Below are positions 1-9,531 of a stretch of DNA of 17,858 bases, piece after piece. The first letter of the stretch is position 1, and each line of letters starts with the position of its first letter. The notes under the pieces are model-generated. The model did no database searches, had not been told where the DNA came from, and saw only the letters and a list, made by a program, of their open reading frames with translations. Position numbers and translations under genes: made by a program. Origin of the DNA: Candidatus Altiarchaeota archaeon (lineage in GTDB: Archaea; Altiarchaeota; Altiarchaeia; IMC4; SCGC-AAA252-I15); NCBI GenBank assembly GCA_043813075.1, contig JBDRLL010000027.1, forward strand, positions 1 to 17,858, written 5' to 3'.

Positions 1-2
1 CA

Positions 3-566
3 TCCGTATTCTTCATAAAAAAAGCCGGCCAATACCTCGAGAAAAAGGAGTCCAAGGCCTTCATAATCATCCTGTCGCTTCCAATAGCATTGACCCTCTG
101 GGCGGACGTTGACGGCTTCATGCTCGGCGGCATATACAGGATGCCGCTGGATGCGGTGGATGAGGTCAACAACTTCATAAACCAGAACACGCGGCCCTCA
201 GACTTGGTCGTATCATTCAGCTACTTCAAACCCTATCTAAAGCCTGAGATGACTGTATTCGTCCAAGTCATGGGCTACTACGGGCACGAGATAGTCCCCT
301 ACATGAGGGGCGCCAGCATGGGAGACTTCGCATACAACCAGAGCATCGAGAACGTCCGGTACATGGTACTCCCCGAAGGCCTGTTGGATTCCCTTAACGA
401 CAGCGAGTATGATGTCCCCGTCAGCGACCTTCGCGAGTGGCCTGCTGTCCTCCAAGTTCACCGTGTTCAAGCGCGTGGCCCCGGCTTACCATCACTTTTA
501 CTGGAATACCTTGGAATACCAGCAGTATTAGAGCATGACTACGTCATACTCGAGAATCCATTGTAG
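3..566 (+). CDS. C-terminal part of a membrane protein (5' truncated by the window edge), possibly a GT-C/ArnT-like glycosyltransferase
   Basis: The frame of ORF 90..566 is open back to base 3 (SVFFIKKAGQYLEKKESKAFIIILSLPIALTLW), giving a hydrophobic helix followed by a soluble domain (VNNFINQNTRPSDLVV). The family assignment is a weak inference. Confidence 0.55.
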   Translation, partial: SVFFIKKAGQYLEKKESKAFIIILSLPIALTLWADVDGFMLGGIYRMPLDAVDEVNNFINQNTRPSDLVVSFSYFKPYLKPEMTVFVQVMGYYGHEIVPYMRGASMGDFAYNQSIENVRYMVLPEGLLDSLNDSEYDVPVSDLREWPAVLQVHRVQARGPGLPSLLLEYLGIPAVLEHDYVILENPL

Positions 567-623
567 GCTACTTTATAAGCATCTCCTCAAATATTCAACT
601 AATAAATTGGGGGTGATTGGATA

Positions 624-2120
624 ATGGCTTTGGCTGAAGCATTTACTCAGCAGATATCTGTCGTATTCGGAAGTTCTGTGCCAAACATTATAGGCGCAAT
701 AGCGTTTTTGGTGTTAGGATGGGTTTTCGCACTGTTGATATCCAGTGTTGTCCGGAAGCTTCTCAGAAAGACGACCATCGACAATAAGCTGGCTCAAATA
801 ATAACCGGTAAAAAGAAGTCGGCTGACCTTCCTGTAGAGAAGATAATATCAAAGTGCGTTTTCTACCTGATAATGCTCTTCATACTCGTCGGCTTCTTCG
901 AGGCCATGGGCCTAACGCTCATCGCACAGCCGTTGAACCGTTTCATAACGCAGATGACCGACTATGCGCCCCGCCTTCTTGGCGCGGGAGTGCTTCTCCT
1001 TTCCGCATGGTTTATCGCGAGCATAGTGCGGCGCGTTGTTGTGGGACTGCTTGAGACGGCGGGCATAGACGAGAAGATAAGCTCGACCGGCGGATTCGAG
1101 ACGAGCATATCCATCGCACACACGATAAGTGAGGTAGCCTACTGGATGATATTCCTCTTCTTCCTTCCCGGAATCCTCGACGCACTGGCTTTGAAGGGGC
1201 TTCTAGACCCGGTCCAGTCAATGATAAACAAGGGAATGCAGTTCATACCCAACGTTTTTGCGGCAGGCATGGTCATGGCTGCAGGATGGTTCATAGCCCG
1301 CATAGTACAGCGCATAACTTCAAACGTGCTGGCAGCATTCGGCGTTGATGCTTTAAGCAAGAAGGTTGGTTTGAGCAAGGCTTTGGGCAGGCAAAAATTA
1401 TCCACCGTGCTGGGGATGGTGGTTTACGTCCTGATAATGCTCCCAGTGCTCATAGCAGCATTGGATGCGCTATCGCTGGACGCCCTCACAAGGCCTGTGT
1501 CAAACATGCTGAATGACATACTGGCTGCACTCCCAAACATATTCGCCGCGTTATTCCTTATGTCAATATCCTACGTAGTCGCTAAGGTGGCGGCAGCGTG
1601 GGCTGCCAACATGCTTTCCGCAATGGGTTTTGACAACATACTATCGAAGCTGGGCCTGAAGAAACAGCCCACTGAGGGGTCTAGGAAGCCGTCCGAAACT
1701 GCGGGATACCTTGTCCTACTGGCAATCATGGTTTTCGCGAGCATAGAGGCGTTAAACCTCATAGGATTCATCAAGCTTGCTGAAATGCTTGCAGGATTCA
1801 CGGTTTTCGCCGGCCAGATAGTGTTCGGGCTTATAGTGTTCGCAATAGGCATATACTTCGCGAACATAGCCTCACAAATCATACTGGACAGCGGCATGAA
1901 GGACGGGCAGATGCTTGCCACTATCGCGAGAGCATCGATACTGGTCCTAACCGGCGCGATGGCGTTGAACCGGATGGGGATAGCAAACGACATAATAAAC
2001 ATGGCTTTCGGCCTGTTGCTCGGCTCTCTGGCGGTGGCTTTCGCGCTGGCTTTCGGCCTAGGCGGGAGGGATATAGCCGCCGGAATCATGCAGGATTGGC
2101 TTAAAAAGCGTTCAAAATAG
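624..2120 (+). CDS. CmpX-like mechanosensitive-channel-related membrane protein with repeated TM_helix units
   Basis: Five repeats of P-x-(I/L/V)-x-x-A...(G/A)W-x-(I/F)-A type (PNIIGAIAFLVLGWVFA, PRLLGAGVLLLSAWFIA, PNVFAAGMVMAAGWFIA, PNIFAALFLMSISYVVA, QIVFGLIVFAIGIYFA), the C-terminal AFALAFGLGGRD signature, and a GGGGTGA Shine-Dalgarno-like site upstream. Confidence 0.85.
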   Translation: MALAEAFTQQISVVFGSSVPNIIGAIAFLVLGWVFALLISSVVRKLLRKTTIDNKLAQIITGKKKSADLPVEKIISKCVFYLIMLFILVGFFEAMGLTLIAQPLNRFITQMTDYAPRLLGAGVLLLSAWFIASIVRRVVVGLLETAGIDEKISSTGGFETSISIAHTISEVAYWMIFLFFLPGILDALALKGLLDPVQSMINKGMQFIPNVFAAGMVMAAGWFIARIVQRITSNVLAAFGVDALSKKVGLSKALGRQKLSTVLGMVVYVLIMLPVLIAALDALSLDALTRPVSNMLNDILAALPNIFAALFLMSISYVVAKVAAAWAANMLSAMGFDNILSKLGLKKQPTEGSRKPSETAGYLVLLAIMVFASIEALNLIGFIKLAEMLAGFTVFAGQIVFGLIVFAIGIYFANIASQIILDSGMKDGQMLATIARASILVLTGAMALNRMGIANDIINMAFGLLLGSLAVAFALAFGLGGRDIAAGIMQDWLKKRSK

Positions 2121-2150
2121 GGGATATCCTCCCCCAACCTTTTTTTTTAT
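2120..2150 (+). terminator. Short GC hairpin plus T9 tract; the T-tract/TAT may double as the TATA box of argA
   Basis: GGGGA-TATCC-TCCCC followed by a T run at 2140-2148, directly after the stop codon and about 25 bp before the next ATG. Confidence 0.55.
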
Positions 2151-2173
2151 CTTTGATTACCTAAATGTAGGAG

Positions 2174-2626
2174 ATGATATCAAAGGCTAGTGTCACGGAC
2201 GTGGACCAGATGAAGACGCTCATAGACTTTCACGCGTCAAAGGGCCTCATGCTTCCCCGTTCCATGAGCTATCTCTACGAGAACATCAGGGACTATTTCG
2301 TCTTCCGCAGCGGAGAACTTGTTATCGGATGCTGCGCCATCCACATCAGCTGGAAGGATATCGCTGAGATAAAGAGTCTTGCAGTCGACCCCCGCCACGT
2401 CAACAAGGGTGTCGGCAAGGCCCTGCTTCAGGCATGTGTTGAAGAGGCGAAAAAGCTGGGCATACCAGTCTTGTTCACCCTGACGATGGAGCCTGAATTC
2501 TTCAAGAAGCTCGGCTTCAAGACGGTCAGCAAGGAGAAGCTTCCGATGAAGATATGGGGGGAGTGCATGCACTGCAGCAAGTATCCTGAATGCGATGAGG
2601 AAGCCCTCGTGTTCAAGGTTAGCTAG
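2174..2626 (+). CDS. argA: Short-form amino-acid N-acetyltransferase (N-acetylglutamate synthase, GNAT, COG1246)
   Basis: GLMLPRS..LYENIRDY, AEIKSLAV, the GNAT motif NKGVGKALL, and the family-typical C-terminus KLPMKIWGECMHCSKYPECDEEAL. Confidence 0.85.
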   Translation: MISKASVTDVDQMKTLIDFHASKGLMLPRSMSYLYENIRDYFVFRSGELVIGCCAIHISWKDIAEIKSLAVDPRHVNKGVGKALLQACVEEAKKLGIPVLFTLTMEPEFFKKLGFKTVSKEKLPMKIWGECMHCSKYPECDEEALVFKVS

Positions 2627-2627
2627 G

Positions 2628-3251
2628 ATGACGCCCCTACTTTACCTTCTTTCTATCGGATTCATTATCGGCTTGTCCGGAGCAATGCTGCCAGGACCAC
2701 TACTCGTATACACAATATCCGAGTCGATGAAGAAGGGCGTTAAGACCGGGCCGCTGGTCATACTCGGTCACATGATCGTTGAGGTTTTTCTAATAGCTCT
2801 TATCGCCTTGGGTTTGTCCAGCATAATGACTTCCACGCTTTTCGTAAGGATGGTCGGTGTTGTGGGGGGATTCGCATTGGTTGTCATGGGATCAAGCCTG
2901 TACGTAAGCAACTGGAGTCTTAAGGATGTGAAGTCCAGTGGCAAGGGCAATATCGTGTTGGGAGGCATGTTCTTCAGCGCATTCAATCCGGGTTTCCCTG
3001 TATGGTGGGCTACGGCAGGCCTAGTGATGTTGATAAAGGGGTTTGAACTGTCAGGATACACGGGTGTTGCAGTGATTGTGGTCGGACACTGGCTTGCTGA
3101 CCTTGGTTATTTCACGTTGATAGCAGGTCTCGTGCATCATGGCCGTGAAAGCCTATTGTCCAGCAGGTGGGTTAACCACTTCAAGAATATTCTATCACTG
3201 ATACTGGGGGTAATAGGATTGTACTTCATATACTGGGTTTCACGAATGTAG
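2628..3251 (+). CDS. LysE-family amino-acid translocator
   Basis: GLSGAMLPGPL N-terminal motif, NPGFPVWWAT motif and about six TM helices. The start was moved to ATG 2628, 1 bp after the argA stop. Confidence 0.85.
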   Translation: MTPLLYLLSIGFIIGLSGAMLPGPLLVYTISESMKKGVKTGPLVILGHMIVEVFLIALIALGLSSIMTSTLFVRMVGVVGGFALVVMGSSLYVSNWSLKDVKSSGKGNIVLGGMFFSAFNPGFPVWWATAGLVMLIKGFELSGYTGVAVIVVGHWLADLGYFTLIAGLVHHGRESLLSSRWVNHFKNILSLILGVIGLYFIYWVSRM

Positions 3252-3252
3252 G

Positions 3253-3966
3253 CTAGTACCACCCGCACTTGCCGGAAGCCTTCCTCTCATACCCGCCCCA
3301 CTCCACGACCTTCAAGCCCTTTGTTATGACGTCTGGATTATCCCTGTCGGCAGCCTTACACAGGACATTAGCTGGGTTATCTGACACTGTCTTAACCCAC
3401 CCGCTTCTGTCCAGTCCCAGCAGGCATCCTATGGACGCCAGCTCCAATGGCGCCCTTAACTGCATTTTGTCTGTTGCGCAGCTGGCTGTTACAATATTGA
3501 CGCCGTATTTCGTGCATAGCATCACGTTGTACCTAATCCTCCACAGTATCTGCGCCCTCTTCATACCCCTGGACTCCAGTACGTTCCTGTAGTTTATAGC
3601 GTACCCTATGTTGTTCAAGCTCATGGATTTTGCTATTATGCCGTCCAGTCCAGACGAAGGGTAGTCTACCGCATCGTTTTTACTCATCAGCTCCGGATCC
3701 TGAATCAAGTCGACTTCCACGCACTCTGACGCTTCCCTATAGAATTCATCAGAATCACCGGAAGCTATTATTATCTCCGACTTCTCCAACGCTTTGCGGG
3801 CATTCTTACGCGGGTTCTCTGAGACTATCGCAGTCCTAACCAATCTTAAGGCCGAGCCGCTAAAATCCCCGCCAGTGGCTCCGGCAGCATTCCAGCCAAG
3901 CCTTTCGAGCAGGCTTTTCTTGGCCTCATCAACGGCCCCAGCGTTAAGATCGTAGTATTCCCGCAT
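3253..3966 (-). CDS. rnp3: Ribonuclease P protein subunit p30 (Rpp30)
   Basis: YYDLN start, LGW, VDLI..P, GLDGIIAK, KYGVNIVTASCA..MQLRAP.EL...LLGL, VSDNP. It lies next to COG1325 as in the archaeal exosome/RNase P gene neighbourhood. Confidence 0.85.
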   Translation of the reverse strand: MREYYDLNAGAVDEAKKSLLERLGWNAAGATGGDFSGSALRLVRTAIVSENPRKNARKALEKSEIIIASGDSDEFYREASECVEVDLIQDPELMSKNDAVDYPSSGLDGIIAKSMSLNNIGYAINYRNVLESRGMKRAQILWRIRYNVMLCTKYGVNIVTASCATDKMQLRAPLELASIGCLLGLDRSGWVKTVSDNPANVLCKAADRDNPDVITKGLKVVEWGGYERKASGKCGWY

Positions 3967-4399
3967 CCTTCATCAGCTCCCCAATAACATTCAAAGTATT
4001 TTCCCTTGTCGCAGGATAGGCTGCTATCTTGAATTTAACGTGTATGCAGTCCCTGCTGTCCAGCACAATCCTGCCTCCGGAGGCCTCTCTCTTAGAAAGC
4101 CTAATGTAGAATATGCAGTCATCATCCACATGCTCTTCCACGCCACTGGCCAGTTCCTCCCTGTCATACTCATCTAGAGAGCCTGTTATCCTCCTGAAAA
4201 AATCCTCTGCACCACTCTTCTCTATCCTCGACTCCAGTAAATACAGTTTATGCGTGAAAACCTCACCCTCCTCCTCAGGCTCCAGCACCTCTTGGGATAC
4301 GCTGACACCCTCAGGTATTAGCGCCTCAAAAGACTTCTTAAGGGCTTCCAACCCGTCTTCCCTAGAAAACGCGTTCACTATCGCATAGTGGATTTTCAC
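3944..4399 (-). CDS. Predicted RNA-binding protein (COG1325, exosome-superoperon associated)
   Basis: Motifs HVDDDCIFYIRLSK and DCIHVKFKIAAYPA; overlaps the rpp30 start; GTG start with TTATTAAA about 25 bp upstream. Confidence 0.8.
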   Translation of the reverse strand: MKIHYAIVNAFSREDGLEALKKSFEALIPEGVSVSQEVLEPEEEGEVFTHKLYLLESRIEKSGAEDFFRRITGSLDEYDREELASGVEEHVDDDCIFYIRLSKREASGGRIVLDSRDCIHVKFKIAAYPATRENTLNVIGELMKDAGILRS

Positions 4400-4405
4400 G
4401 GTATA

Positions 4406-5560
4406 CTATTGAGGCAGAAGGCTTTTAATAAGAAAGTAAGGCACTCTCGGCAGAACCCATTTCTTGAATTCCTTATACGTCTCTTCACCCGTCTGTATGC
4501 GGGCGAAGTGCTCTACAAAAGCGTTGTCAGAGAACAGTATCCTCACCGACAAGGGCCTCAACATGAAGAACGCCTTCATCGCCTTCAAACCCCTCCTGAA
4601 TTCATCGCAGAACTCCTTTATGCATTCCTCCTCATACTCCCTCAGCGTCTCCTCGCTGAATTCGTTTCTCTCGTATGCGTGAACTATAGTGTCTGTGGCC
4701 AGTCTTCCTGAGAGTATGGCATAGTATATCCCCTCCCCAGTGAATGGCTCAACAAATCCTGCCGCATCGCCCACTAGGATAGTCCTATCCGAGACAGTCT
4801 TCCGCTTGTCGTTGCCTATCGGTATCATGTGGGCGTGCACTCTACTATCCCCCAGGTCAAGGTCAAGCTGCTGCACGTATCTCTCGAAGACTATCCTCGA
4901 ATTCTTGAATCTGTTCATGACACCACCCATCCCAACAGACAAGTGCTCCCTCTTCGGGAAAACCCATCCATAGCCCATGCACTCACAATCCAGATGTGTC
5001 TCCGCAAGATGCCCTCTCTCGTCTATTATGCTCTTCTTCAACGGTATCTCCGTCTCATACGCGAGTATCACCTCATCCGGCCTGTAGAATGGCCTCACCC
5101 TCTCGGCGACAATGCTTCTAACGCCATCACCACCGACCACTATCGGCGTCTTGAACTCATTATCGCATGTCTTCACGATGCAGTACCCCCCCATGTTATT
5201 GACTTCAGTCACCGGCGCGTTGTCCCTCAACTCCACACCCTCCTCGACTGCTTTTTCAACGAGGTAGCTGTCAAACTCTCCCCTGTCTGTCATGGATACC
5301 AGCTTATCACTGCTCTCGTGCTTCAAGTACCCTCCCCCATAGTACATCCTGAACTCGCGGACCTCCCTGTGGATGATATCATCAGGAAGCTTGAATCCAA
5401 GGGCCTTCTCAGCCTTCTGCGTCACACCTCCCCCGCAGGCCTTGTATCTCGGCAAAACCTCCTTCTCAAGCAGAAGAGTCTTAAGACCTCTCTTAGCGCA
5501 CTCTCTCGCAGCAGTGCTTCCAGAAGGTCCCGCACCCACAACAACAACGTCGTAATCCAT
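4406..5560 (-). CDS. Geranylgeranyl reductase family FAD-dependent oxidoreductase
   Basis: YDVVVVGAGPSG Rossmann motif, PRYKACGGG, DRGEFD, GGDG, GYGWVFP, LVGDAAGFVEPFTGEGIYYA. ATG 5560 preferred over TTG 5569. Confidence 0.9.
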   Translation of the reverse strand: MDYDVVVVGAGPSGSTAARECAKRGLKTLLLEKEVLPRYKACGGGVTQKAEKALGFKLPDDIIHREVREFRMYYGGGYLKHESSDKLVSMTDRGEFDSYLVEKAVEEGVELRDNAPVTEVNNMGGYCIVKTCDNEFKTPIVVGGDGVRSIVAERVRPFYRPDEVILAYETEIPLKKSIIDERGHLAETHLDCECMGYGWVFPKREHLSVGMGGVMNRFKNSRIVFERYVQQLDLDLGDSRVHAHMIPIGNDKRKTVSDRTILVGDAAGFVEPFTGEGIYYAILSGRLATDTIVHAYERNEFSEETLREYEEECIKEFCDEFRRGLKAMKAFFMLRPLSVRILFSDNAFVEHFARIQTGEETYKEFKKWVLPRVPYFLIKSLLPQ

Positions 5561-5570
5561 GCTGTTCAAA

Positions 5571-7598
5571 TCACTTTATCCTGCTGCCTTCCCTGACCCT
5601 GCTTTCAGGCTGCAGTATTATGGGCTTACCCTCCTCGTCGGCCGCCAGCAGCATGCCCTTCGATTCCACACCGCGTATCTTGGCTGGCTTCAGGTTTGCC
5701 ACCACGATAATCTGCCTGCCTTCCAGTTCTTCTGGCTTGTACTGCTCTCGTATGCCTGCAACGATCTTTCGTTCGCCGAGCTCTCCCACGTCTATGGTGA
5801 GGAGCAAAAGCTTGTCCGCGTTAGGATGGTCTTCCACCTTCTTTATCGTCGCTACACGCATGTCTATCCTGCTGAACTCGTCATACTCCACTTCAATCAC
5901 CTCATCCTTACTGCTTTCTCCAGTTGCCGGAAGATACTTCCCCTTGAATTCGCGTATCTCATCCTCCTCTATCTTAGAATATAATGCTTTGACCTTACCT
6001 ATCCCATGCCCTGGCATGACTCCAAGCTCCCCAGCAGACTCCCAAGCCTGATCCGCAACCCGGCCTTCCAGGCCGAGCATAGCCCACACCTTCTCCGCTG
6101 AGAACGGCAGTAGCGGGTGCATTAGTATGGCGAGGCTACGGCACAGGTTAGCGCAAAGGTACAGTGTCGTGTCGTTCTCGCCCTTCCACGGCTCCTTGTT
6201 CTGGAAGTATACGTTCCCCCTCTGAGCGCAATGCATCAACGCGTCCAACGCATTCTTGAACTTGAACCGGTCCAGTTCTCCACCAACGACTTCAGGGCAT
6301 TTTTTAATCCCATCCTCGAACGCCTTGTCATCCTTATTCATGTCTCCTGGCGCAGGGACTACTCCCCCCTTCTTGCTTTCTATGAACGTTAGCGTCCGGT
6401 TCATGAAGTTTCCGAGGGTTCCAATCAGCTCCTTATTCACCTTGTCCCTGAATTCGTCGAGCTTGAAGTCGCTGTCACTGGTCTCCGGGGCTATCGAGAG
6501 CAGATAATACCTCACCGCGTCCGGGTCGAACTCACCGAGTATGTCGTGGAGCCAGATAACCCACCCCCTGCTCGTCGACATCTTACGGCCTTCAAGATTC
6601 AGGAACTCGTTGCTCGCCACCTGCCAGGGCAGGTTGTAGGAGCCTTCCGCCATGAGCGTGGCAGGCCATATAACTATGTGGAATGGGATGTTATCCTTGC
6701 CTATGAAGTGGACTATCCTACAGTCCTTATCTCTCAGCCAGTATTCCTTCCATGCTTCAGGCTCCCCCCTTCCCTCAGCCCACTCCTTGGTCGAACTTAT
6801 GTATCCTATGGGCGCGTCAAACCAGACGTACAAGACTTTGCCTTCAGCACCCTCTGCGGGGACCGGGATGCCCCAGTTCATGTCGCGTGTTATCGCCCTG
6901 TCCTTCAAGCCCTCCCTTATCCACCCTAAAGCAAAGTTCTTCGCATTGTTGGGGAGGCTTGGACTTACCTTATCACCGTCAACCCACTCCTTCAGCTTAT
7001 CCCCTAGTCTGCTGAGCTCGAAAAACCAGTGGTCAGTCTCCCTCATCACCGGCGTCTCACGGCATATGTCGCAGTAAGGGTCGACGAGCTCATGAGGCTC
7101 CAACTGCTTCCCACAGGCCTCGCACTGGTCTCCGCGCTCGTCCTCTGAACCGCATTCCGGGCACTTTCCCTTAACGTATCTGTCCGGGAGGAACCTGCCG
7201 CACTTCGGACAGTAAGGCCTCTCCACAGTCTCCTTGTGTATGTACCCGTTCTCATCGACTTTCCTGAAGAAATCCTGTGATATCCTATGGTGCACTTCCC
7301 TGGCAGTGCCTGAAAAATTATCGAAGTCAACGCCAATACCCTTGAAAGCGTCCTCATGCATCCTATGGTATTTGTCCACCACTTCCCTGGGGCTCACGCC
7401 CTCCTTCTCGGCAGTCACTGTTATAGGCGTCCCATGCTCGTCGGTACCGCAAATGTATATCACGTCATTACCACACAGCCTGTTGTACCTCGTGTAAACG
7501 TCCGCTGGTATGTAACAGCCTATGGCGTGCCCTACATGTATGGGGCCGTTAGCGTATGGTAGTGCTGCTGTAACAAGTATTCTCTCTTTTTTGGGCAT
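5571..7598 (-). CDS. metG: Methionine--tRNA ligase with C-terminal tRNA-binding (Trbp111/EMAP-like) domain
   Basis: ALPYANGPIHVGH (HIGH), GTDEHG, zinc knuckles, LYVWFDAPIGY, HFIGKDNIPFH, KMSTSRG (KMSKS), and OB-fold HPNADKLL...NLKPAKIRGVESKGMLLAA. ATG 7598 has TTTTATTTAA about 25 bp upstream. Confidence 0.98.
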   Translation of the reverse strand: MPKKERILVTAALPYANGPIHVGHAIGCYIPADVYTRYNRLCGNDVIYICGTDEHGTPITVTAEKEGVSPREVVDKYHRMHEDAFKGIGVDFDNFSGTAREVHHRISQDFFRKVDENGYIHKETVERPYCPKCGRFLPDRYVKGKCPECGSEDERGDQCEACGKQLEPHELVDPYCDICRETPVMRETDHWFFELSRLGDKLKEWVDGDKVSPSLPNNAKNFALGWIREGLKDRAITRDMNWGIPVPAEGAEGKVLYVWFDAPIGYISSTKEWAEGRGEPEAWKEYWLRDKDCRIVHFIGKDNIPFHIVIWPATLMAEGSYNLPWQVASNEFLNLEGRKMSTSRGWVIWLHDILGEFDPDAVRYYLLSIAPETSDSDFKLDEFRDKVNKELIGTLGNFMNRTLTFIESKKGGVVPAPGDMNKDDKAFEDGIKKCPEVVGGELDRFKFKNALDALMHCAQRGNVYFQNKEPWKGENDTTLYLCANLCRSLAILMHPLLPFSAEKVWAMLGLEGRVADQAWESAGELGVMPGHGIGKVKALYSKIEEDEIREFKGKYLPATGESSKDEVIEVEYDEFSRIDMRVATIKKVEDHPNADKLLLLTIDVGELGERKIVAGIREQYKPEELEGRQIIVVANLKPAKIRGVESKGMLLAADEEGKPIILQPESRVREGSRIK

Positions 7599-7637
7599 GG
7601 GATAGATTATTGAGAAGTCGTTAAATAAAACCAATGG

Positions 7638-7680
7638 AAAAAGAAAAGAATTTGGGTGCCCGTCCTATGGACGGGCTTTT
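7638..7680 (-). terminator. Hairpin plus U-rich tract after the GILT-like gene
   Basis: Perfect 8-bp stem GCCCGTCC(7658-7665)-TAT-GGACGGGC(7669-7676), followed on the minus strand by TTCTTTTCTTTTT. Confidence 0.7.
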
Positions 7681-7692
7681 ACTGCAACAAGC

Positions 7693-9531
7693 CTAGCCGC
7701 ACGCGCCTGCCGCAACCGGTTGCGCCGGCTGTCCTGCAAGCGTGTTCTCGCAGCCTTCAAGACCCTCGTTATAAGCGCAGTAGTTGCTCTTTATGGTCTC
7801 GGAGTCCAGTCCGCTGAACGTGTACTTGTTGTTAGCCAGCCATGTTGGGCTTGCACCTACTCCGAGCGACTGGGCAATCTTCAGGTCCTCTTTCAAAAGA
7901 CCCTTGCCTTCATCGCCTTCAGCGCACGACTTCATCTTCGCCAAGTCCATTCCCGCCTCAGTAACGCAATTGCTCCATTCGGCGTTCATGTTCTTGTCCC
8001 TGCACCACACGTAGTCCATGTACCTGTAGTTGTCTGGATAATACTTCATGGCGCACAATTCCCTGATGTTCTCGTCAACCTCTGGCTGACCGTGCAGTGA
8101 GTTAAAAGTGTCTGTCTGCTCGCTGTAGGATGCGATGTAGTGTATGTTGAAGTCTATGTTTTCGCCGAAGTTCTCCAGCACGTCCTTCATCGCGTCCAGG
8201 GCTCTCATGCCGTACGGGCACATGCTCATCACGTACACGTCAAGCTTCTTCTCCATCTCCTCGCGGCACTTCATGTCTTCAACACAGTCCGGGTCATCAC
8301 AGTCTATCTTACCGTTGCCTGTGTCGTCCTTCTCGTTGTCGCATATCTCCTTTGTGGGATCGAAGTCCGAGCCTATCGCCAGGTCGTAGTATTTCCCTTT
8401 CTGAGTGAGGTATCTCTGCACGCTACTGTATCCCTCGCCCTTTGTGACTGACTCGTCGAACAGTATTGCTGGCAGGTACTTAAGCCCCACGTCACCGTAG
8501 AACTTCTTCCCATCCTGTGTTCCGTAGTCGTAGTCAGTGAACACTATCCCCGGGAATATGGCCTTCAGCTGGCTCTTTATCGACGTGACGTCGCTGTCAC
8601 AGGTCTCACACCTGCTGTCTGACATTGTTACCGCCATCACCTTCACAGGCTCCGGTATGTTCGAACAGGCGTCCGGCTTATTGCCTGGGAACTCATTGCA
8701 TATCGCCCTTAGGAAGTCGGTGCTCTTCCTGCTTCCACTGTACTGCTTGTTGTTTATGTACATGGTCGGGCTTCCCCTCGCCTGCCTGTTTGCCGCCTTC
8801 TTGGATGACTCTGACAGCAGATTCTTGCCCTGGTCTCCGTTATAACAGCTCTTTATCCCCTCGACGTCCATGTTATTCTCCTTTGCACAAGACTCCCAGT
8901 TGTCTGGTATGTTCTGCGCATTCTTGTTCATGCACACGACCATGTCCATGTACTTGTCCGGACTGATGTCGGCGGCGCACAACTGGACTATATTACCTCT
9001 AACCTCCTTCTCACCGTGCAGTGACGTGAATGTCCCATCACCATTGTCTGTCGCAATGAAATCCAGGTGGAAGTCAACAGAGCCACCTATCTGGTCGAGA
9101 ACCGGCTTTATAGCGTCCTCAACCTGCGTGCCGAACGGGCACTGGCTCATAACATAGAATTCTACAGTAACCTTGTCTCCCATATTGCCTGGTTTCGTGG
9201 TCGCGGTTGGCTTGGCCTTGAGCGTGGTGGTCACCCCGGCCGATCCCCCAACCTTCATCTTCTCGACCTCACTCTTCAGAGAGCTGTTCTCATAGAAGAA
9301 GTAGAAGTTCAGTAATAGCGACAGGAACAGGAAAACCACGAGGAGAACGTCCAGTGATACCGACTTCTCCTTATCCTCCTTTATGTCGTCGCTAACGTAT
9401 GCAGTCTTTGAAGGCTTTTTCCTTGCAGCCTTTTTTGAAGACTTTTTCCTGACAGCCTTCTTCTTAGACTCCTTAACCTCTTCGGGTGCGGGAGTAACGT
9501 CCAAATCCTTTTTCACTTCATCATCTGCCAT
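7693..9531 (-). CDS. Membrane-anchored Cys-rich protein with two GILT/DsbA-like thioredoxin-fold domains
   Basis: Basic N-tail, single TM (VLLVVFLFLSLLLNFYFFY), Thr-rich linker, and duplicated domains FYVMSQCPFG...SLHGEKEVRGNIVQLCA...GSPTMYIN and VYVMSMCPYG...SLHGQPEVDENIRELCA...ASPTWLAN. Confidence 0.75.
   Translation of the reverse strand: MADDEVKKDLDVTPAPEEVKESKKKAVRKKSSKKAARKKPSKTAYVSDDIKEDKEKSVSLDVLLVVFLFLSLLLNFYFFYENSSLKSEVEKMKVGGSAGVTTTLKAKPTATTKPGNMGDKVTVEFYVMSQCPFGTQVEDAIKPVLDQIGGSVDFHLDFIATDNGDGTFTSLHGEKEVRGNIVQLCAADISPDKYMDMVVCMNKNAQNIPDNWESCAKENNMDVEGIKSCYNGDQGKNLLSESSKKAANRQARGSPTMYINNKQYSGSRKSTDFLRAICNEFPGNKPDACSNIPEPVKVMAVTMSDSRCETCDSDVTSIKSQLKAIFPGIVFTDYDYGTQDGKKFYGDVGLKYLPAILFDESVTKGEGYSSVQRYLTQKGKYYDLAIGSDFDPTKEICDNEKDDTGNGKIDCDDPDCVEDMKCREEMEKKLDVYVMSMCPYGMRALDAMKDVLENFGENIDFNIHYIASYSEQTDTFNSLHGQPEVDENIRELCAMKYYPDNYRYMDYVWCRDKNMNAEWSNCVTEAGMDLAKMKSCAEGDEGKGLLKEDLKIAQSLGVGASPTWLANNKYTFSGLDSETIKSNYCAYNEGLEGCENTLAGQPAQPVAAGACG

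Noticed and set aside
4829-5596. 255-aa plus-strand ORF and the many other antisense ORFs over GGR, metG, the CmpX-like gene and metE
   Set aside because: They lie opposite well-supported genes and show no recognisable motifs.
5571-7598. metG as part of the methionine-synthesis module
   Set aside because: About 3.8 kb away on the opposite strand and separated by unrelated housekeeping genes; the proximity may be chance.
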